NCBI GenBank assembly: GCA_947488865.1
Contig: CANLCB010000002.1
Span: 1-61,614, forward strand
Length of the DNA stretch: 61,614 nt
Direction: 5' to 3'
Source: Deltaproteobacteria bacterium
GTDB lineage: Bacteria; Bdellovibrionota_C; UBA2361; OMII01
In this document: in pieces, positions 57,709 through 61,614 of the stretch
Layout: each line of letters begins with the position of its first letter
How positions within the stretch are numbered: the stretch's first letter is position 1
The notes under the pieces: model-generated
The model's database searches: none
What the model saw: the letters and a program-made list of their open reading frames with translations, nothing else
What the model was told of the DNA's origin: nothing
Translations under genes and position numbers: made by a program

Positions 57709-58200
57709 CTACGATTTGGCAGTAGGCGTAGGAGCGATCGTCTCACTCTCTTTTCGCGTCAGCTCCTTGGCGATCCGATCCAGCATAGCGTCAAAGAGTA
57801 GGGGATCCCGATCTCGATACTTGCTCAACACATCAAGTGCTTTTTGAAGCTCTCCGTGCTCTTCGAAATAAGACGCTACGGCGCGGTATCTATCTGAGAT
57901 GAGAGGAGTGCCGACACCGTTCTTTTCTGCCTCTTCGTACGTTTGCAAGGCTTTCTCTGTATCGCCGCGACCCAATTCTACATCACCGATCGTGAGAAGG
58001 TAGAAGTAAGGGTTCTCCCATTCGGGTCGGTCGGACACCTCAAGACGAGAAGTCATGTGCTCGCGGTATGCTTCAATCGCCTCATCGTACTTTCCTTGTC
58101 TGGTGAGTTCGTCCGCGTCTCGGAGTTTTTGGGAGGAGTCGCTGAACAGAGAGCAGCCTGCGGCGCAGGAGATTAGAAGGGAAATGACGACGCGTTTCAT
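57709..58200 (-). CDS. TPR-repeat lipoprotein
   Basis: ATG at 58200 gives MKRVVISLLISCAAGCS (lipobox). TPR-like segments include GKYDEAIEAYREH and DTEKALQTYEEA. This start removes the overlap with lpxL that the ORF-track start at 58443 creates. Confidence 0.65.
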   Translation of the reverse strand: MKRVVISLLISCAAGCSLFSDSSQKLRDADELTRQGKYDEAIEAYREHMTSRLEVSDRPEWENPYFYLLTIGDVELGRGDTEKALQTYEEAEKNGVGTPLISDRYRAVASYFEEHGELQKALDVLSKYRDRDPLLFDAMLDRIAKELTRKESETIAPTPTAKS

Positions 58201-58267
58201 AGTGCGATATTTGTATCGTGGGAGAGGAGTCGGAGCCAGCCGAAATGTTGAGGGTTCGCGATCTCGA

Positions 58268-59221
58268 CTAGCGTTTTGCTTGCTCGGACAGCCACGCGAG
58301 GTATTCGCGAGTGGAGAAAGTTTTTCCATCACTTTGTGTGCGCCATCGCTTGTGAAACCACACCCATTGGGTTGGATGAGCGCGGATGATTTGTTCAAGT
58401 CGACTGCTGTACTCTGTGAGGATTTCTTCTGTCGAGAGTCCATCCGGTATTTGCTTCGCGTGAATCTCGAATCGAGTGCCGTGAGTTCTTACCATGAACG
58501 CAGTCACGAAGCGCGCGTTAAACCGCCTTCCGATATCGATGAGGGCGGAGGGGGTTTTAGCCGGTACGCCGAAGAACGGGACGAAGACGCTGTCGACGCG
58601 CGTGTCCTGATCGATGAGAGCGGCCATAACGCGACGCTCTTTGAAGCAGCTCGCGATCCGTTTGATCCCCGAGCGGTCCGAGCGCCAGATCGTGTCAACT
58701 CCGTAGGACTCCCGAAGGGATCGTAAGGCCGCTTGGAAGTGCGGATTGCGAGCCTCTTTACCGACGGTCGAGATAGGAATGCCGCGAGCGATGTTGTACG
58801 CGGCAAGCAGATCCCAGTTTCCGGTGTGCGCCGTGAGAGCGATGATCGGACGCTCGTCTTTCGTCCATGAAGTGATTTCATCCCAGTTGCCGCATGACAC
58901 ATACGAGAAAGGAGCAGTGATGCGTGGTTTAAGGTTAAAGCTCTCTAGGATGGATCGGCCGAGATTAGCGAAAACGAGTGGCGTTAACTTCTTGGTATTT
59001 AGTTCAGGGAAGAATAACGAAAAGTGCGCGCGAGCGATGAGAGCTTCGCGAAATGGAAAGAGACCGACGACGTATCCGATGCCCGCTCCCAGCGCCGAAC
59101 GTACACCGAACGGCAGCGCCCCAATCGCTCGAATAAGGCTGATGATCGCCAGGGCGGGAAGGGATGTACGTTCAATCGTTGCGTTGTCAGCGGAGCTAGT
59201 TGCTACAGAGGCGTCGTCCAT
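58268..59221 (-). CDS. lpxL: lipid A biosynthesis lauroyl/myristoyl acyltransferase (LpxL/HtrB family)
   Basis: 317 aa, N-terminal TM helix, catalytic HX4D motif in ALTAHTGNWDLLA, and PTQWVWFHKRW near the C-terminus. Confidence 0.82.
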   Translation of the reverse strand: MDDASVATSSADNATIERTSLPALAIISLIRAIGALPFGVRSALGAGIGYVVGLFPFREALIARAHFSLFFPELNTKKLTPLVFANLGRSILESFNLKPRITAPFSYVSCGNWDEITSWTKDERPIIALTAHTGNWDLLAAYNIARGIPISTVGKEARNPHFQAALRSLRESYGVDTIWRSDRSGIKRIASCFKERRVMAALIDQDTRVDSVFVPFFGVPAKTPSALIDIGRRFNARFVTAFMVRTHGTRFEIHAKQIPDGLSTEEILTEYSSRLEQIIRAHPTQWVWFHKRWRTQSDGKTFSTREYLAWLSEQAKR

Positions 59222-60306
59222 TCAGCGTCTTCATCCATTGGGTAACGGTCTCGAATGCCCTGCATCAACAGGAAGTCTGAAACTCGATCATGAACGAGTA
59301 TACCAGAAAACGCGCCGTCTCGCAGGACCACAAGTACCGAGCCACCCGTGTCCTCTAAGGTTGTGAAGGCGGTTGAGAGGGGCTCATTCACATCTATTGT
59401 AGGAACTTCAGGGCCGGTTAGGGATCCGATATACTCGTCCGACTGTGTAGCCGCGTGTTCAAGGATGTCGTCTCGGAAGACGATCCCGATAACCCGGTCG
59501 CCTAGAAGGATCGGGTAGAGAGGTTGGAGTGACGTAAGAGCTGTTCGAAGCGCTTTGGATACGGTCGTTCCGTGAGTGAAAAACTCAAGGCGTTCGCGGG
59601 GTATCATCGCGTCGCCGACCGTGTACGCTATAGCGATTCCGCGAGCCTCTGACCGGACCTGCTCCTGCAATGCCCCGAAGAAGATGATGAACGCGATGAT
59701 AAACAGCATCGGTTGTTGCGCGTATATCGCGGCGCCAGCCATCAGCAGGCACAAGCCCTGACTTACTCGGGCCGCTATTCGAGTGGCGTGTTTCACCTTC
59801 AATACATTCAAGGTAGCTCGAAGGACTCGTCCTCCATCCATCGGTAGAGCAGGGATAATATTGAACACGGCTAGCGCGATGTTTGTCATAAAGAGTCGAT
59901 CGACGGTAGTAAGGGCCGCGAGGTCTTGTTTTATGAGTGTTTCAGGATTCACCCACGCATAGAGGATTCCGGCGATGACGATGTTCGAAACTGGTCCTGC
60001 TAGTGAGATGAGTAGCTCTGCTTTTGGCGGTGGTTGAGCGACAATCGAAGCGATCCCTCCAAAGGGATAGAGGGTAATGTCACGTGTTTGGATTGCGAAT
60101 CGCTTTCCAACCAGGGCGTGCGAGATCTCATGGATGAGGACGCACATGAAAACGAGGATAACAAATACCGTCTCATGAAGAGCTTGCCCACTTTCGGCTC
60201 CGAGTACGAGCCAGAGGAGAAGGAGAAGAAACGTAGCGTGAACCCGAATCGGAATTCCAGCTACCGTACCGACCCGAAGGGCCCATGGGGAATGGCTTCT
60301 GTTCAT
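59203..60306 (-). CDS. site-2 protease family (peptidase M50) with C-terminal CBS pair
   Basis: HEISHALVG zinc motif, NIIPALPMDGG second motif, and a CBS-like C-terminal region. Start is uncertain: ATG at 60306, 60381 or 60438. Confidence 0.85.
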   Translation of the reverse strand: MNRSHSPWALRVGTVAGIPIRVHATFLLLLLWLVLGAESGQALHETVFVILVFMCVLIHEISHALVGKRFAIQTRDITLYPFGGIASIVAQPPPKAELLISLAGPVSNIVIAGILYAWVNPETLIKQDLAALTTVDRLFMTNIALAVFNIIPALPMDGGRVLRATLNVLKVKHATRIAARVSQGLCLLMAGAAIYAQQPMLFIIAFIIFFGALQEQVRSEARGIAIAYTVGDAMIPRERLEFFTHGTTVSKALRTALTSLQPLYPILLGDRVIGIVFRDDILEHAATQSDEYIGSLTGPEVPTIDVNEPLSTAFTTLEDTGGSVLVVLRDGAFSGILVHDRVSDFLLMQGIRDRYPMDEDAEWTTPL

Positions 60307-60545
60307 GGACAGGATGGTACACTGATTTAGGGTCGAAAGGTACCGGTGGGCATCGCCTCCCGACAGCATGACTCTTGGCATGGCGAACGAGACCCTGAGG
60401 CGATAGCTTTTGCGTCTTTCAAGCACGAGCCTGTCCAAGCATTATAGCGGGATAAGTTACCTCCCTAACGGGGTTTTTGACCTGGCGGAGGGGAGTGCTA
60501 GTATCGAGATCATTTTAGCGAAAACTGGACGATTAAGAGGTTCGC

Positions 60546-61614
60546 ATGAAGAGCGACAGAGTAGGTATCGTTGGCCTAGGATACGTGGGGCTCCCACTTG
60601 CGTTAGCTATGGGGCGTGCGTTTAAAGACACTGTCGGCTTTGACGTTAGTAATGAGCGCGTGGCGATGCTTCGCAACGGACAGGACCCTACGTTCGAGGG
60701 GCTTGATAACGACGTTAAAGAATCGTCTGTTCTCTTCACCACGGATCCAACCACGTTAGCTCAGTGTGATGTTATCATCGTCGCGGTTCCCACTCCCATT
60801 GATGAGAACCGGCAGCCAGATCTTGGAGCCCTAGCAAAAGCTAGCACAACGGTCGCGAAGAACTTGAAGCGTGGCGCCGTCGTTGTGTACGAGTCCACGG
60901 TGTATCCGGGAGTTACAGAGGATGTGTGCGGAGCGATTCTTGAGCGCGAATCCGGGATGAAGAGAGGAGAGGATTTCTTCCTCGGCTACTCTCCAGAACG
61001 AATCAATCCTGGAGATAAGGAGCACACCCTTGAAGCTATCGTAAAGGTGGTTGCCGGCGAAAACGAAGAGACGACGCAACGTCTCGCTCAAGTGTATGGC
61101 GCTGTTGTGAAAGCTGGATTGCACTTAGCTCCATCGATTCGAGTGGCGGAAGCTGCAAAGGTAATCGAAAACACCCAAAGAGATCTAAATATCGCTTTGA
61201 TGAATGAATTGGCTCTAATCTTTGATCGAATGGGGATTAGGACAAAAGATGTTCTTGAGGCCGCGGGCACTAAGTGGAACTTCCTAAAGTTCTCCCCAGG
61301 ATTGGTTGGTGGCCACTGTATCGGCGTAGATCCTTACTACCTCACCGCAAAAGCGCAGCAGCTCGGATACCACCCCCAGGTTATTTTGGCTGGTCGGCGT
61401 ATTAACGACGACATGGGAGTATTTCTCGCGCAGCGCACCGTTAAGCTTATGATTCAAGCGGGCATACCTCTTAAGGGATCTCGTATCGGAATCCTTGGGG
61501 TTACCTTTAAGGAGAACGTGACTGACATCCGCAACAGTCGGGTACCTGATATCGCGCGCGAGCTCATGGAGTTTGGTATCGAGCCGTTGATCCACGATCC
61601 GCTCGCCGATGGGG
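60546..61614 (+). CDS. nucleotide-sugar (UDP-GlcNAc/UDP-ManNAc-type) dehydrogenase, 3' end outside window
   Basis: Not in the ORF track because it runs off the window. Hand translation gives [23 protein letters not shown] (Rossmann GxGxxG) ... [14 protein letters not shown] (catalytic Cys) ... [15 protein letters not shown]. It resembles the TviB/WbpO/Cap5O group. Confidence 0.85.
   Translation, partial: MKSDRVGIVGLGYVGLPLALAMGRAFKDTVGFDVSNERVAMLRNGQDPTFEGLDNDVKESSVLFTTDPTTLAQCDVIIVAVPTPIDENRQPDLGALAKASTTVAKNLKRGAVVVYESTVYPGVTEDVCGAILERESGMKRGEDFFLGYSPERINPGDKEHTLEAIVKVVAGENEETTQRLAQVYGAVVKAGLHLAPSIRVAEAAKVIENTQRDLNIALMNELALIFDRMGIRTKDVLEAAGTKWNFLKFSPGLVGGHCIGVDPYYLTAKAQQLGYHPQVILAGRRINDDMGVFLAQRTVKLMIQAGIPLKGSRIGILGVTFKENVTDIRNSRVPDIARELMEFGIEPLIHDPLADG

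Noticed and set aside
58055-59366. 223-aa and 206-aa plus-strand ORFs
   Set aside because: They are antisense to the well-supported lpxL (HX4D motif) and M50 protease genes, and their composition is Arg/Ser-rich.

Overview
This 61.6-kb window is mostly core chromosome from a Gram-negative (diderm) bacterium at roughly 50% GC. I cannot assign a lineage from sequence alone. The centre (6.9-26.5 kb) is the str/S10/spc/alpha ribosomal-protein supercluster: rpsL-rpsG-fusA-tuf, then rpsJ through rplO, secY-adk, rpmJ-rpsM-rpsK-rpsD-rpoA-rplQ. It departs from the usual layout in four ways. There is no rpsN (S14) between rplE and rpsH, and no infA or map between adk and rpmJ. A strong intrinsic terminator separates rplO from secY. 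Several ribosomal proteins carry Lys/Ala-rich extensions. Flanking genes are housekeeping or envelope functions: metG, a divergent IMPDH-like protein, a Ham1-type ITPase, lptE, rpsT, dcd, a REC-PAS hybrid histidine kinase, ispH, a PfkB kinase, tpiA, gap, the full tolQRAB-pal-cpoB cluster, ribF-rluD-pgeF, a MacAB-type efflux operon, ispB, tRNA-Glu(UUC), queG, arfB, lpxL, an M50/CBS protease and a truncated nucleotide-sugar dehydrogenase. I see no canonical defence system, CRISPR array, prophage, transposase or integrase. The least-explained items are these: two direct copies of an 86-bp GC-rich near-perfect palindrome bracketing arfB; a roughly 360-bp array of about 67-bp hairpin-containing tandem repeats between tRNA-Glu and ispB; a tightly overlapping GNAT / FemAB-like / DUF2334 three-gene cassette; a long-N-terminal, CBS-less IMPDH-family protein divergent from the ITPase; and two unrelated hypothetical proteins sharing an MSNFQxxRF N-terminus. 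All functional calls rest on recognisable motifs in the translations. No database search was possible.
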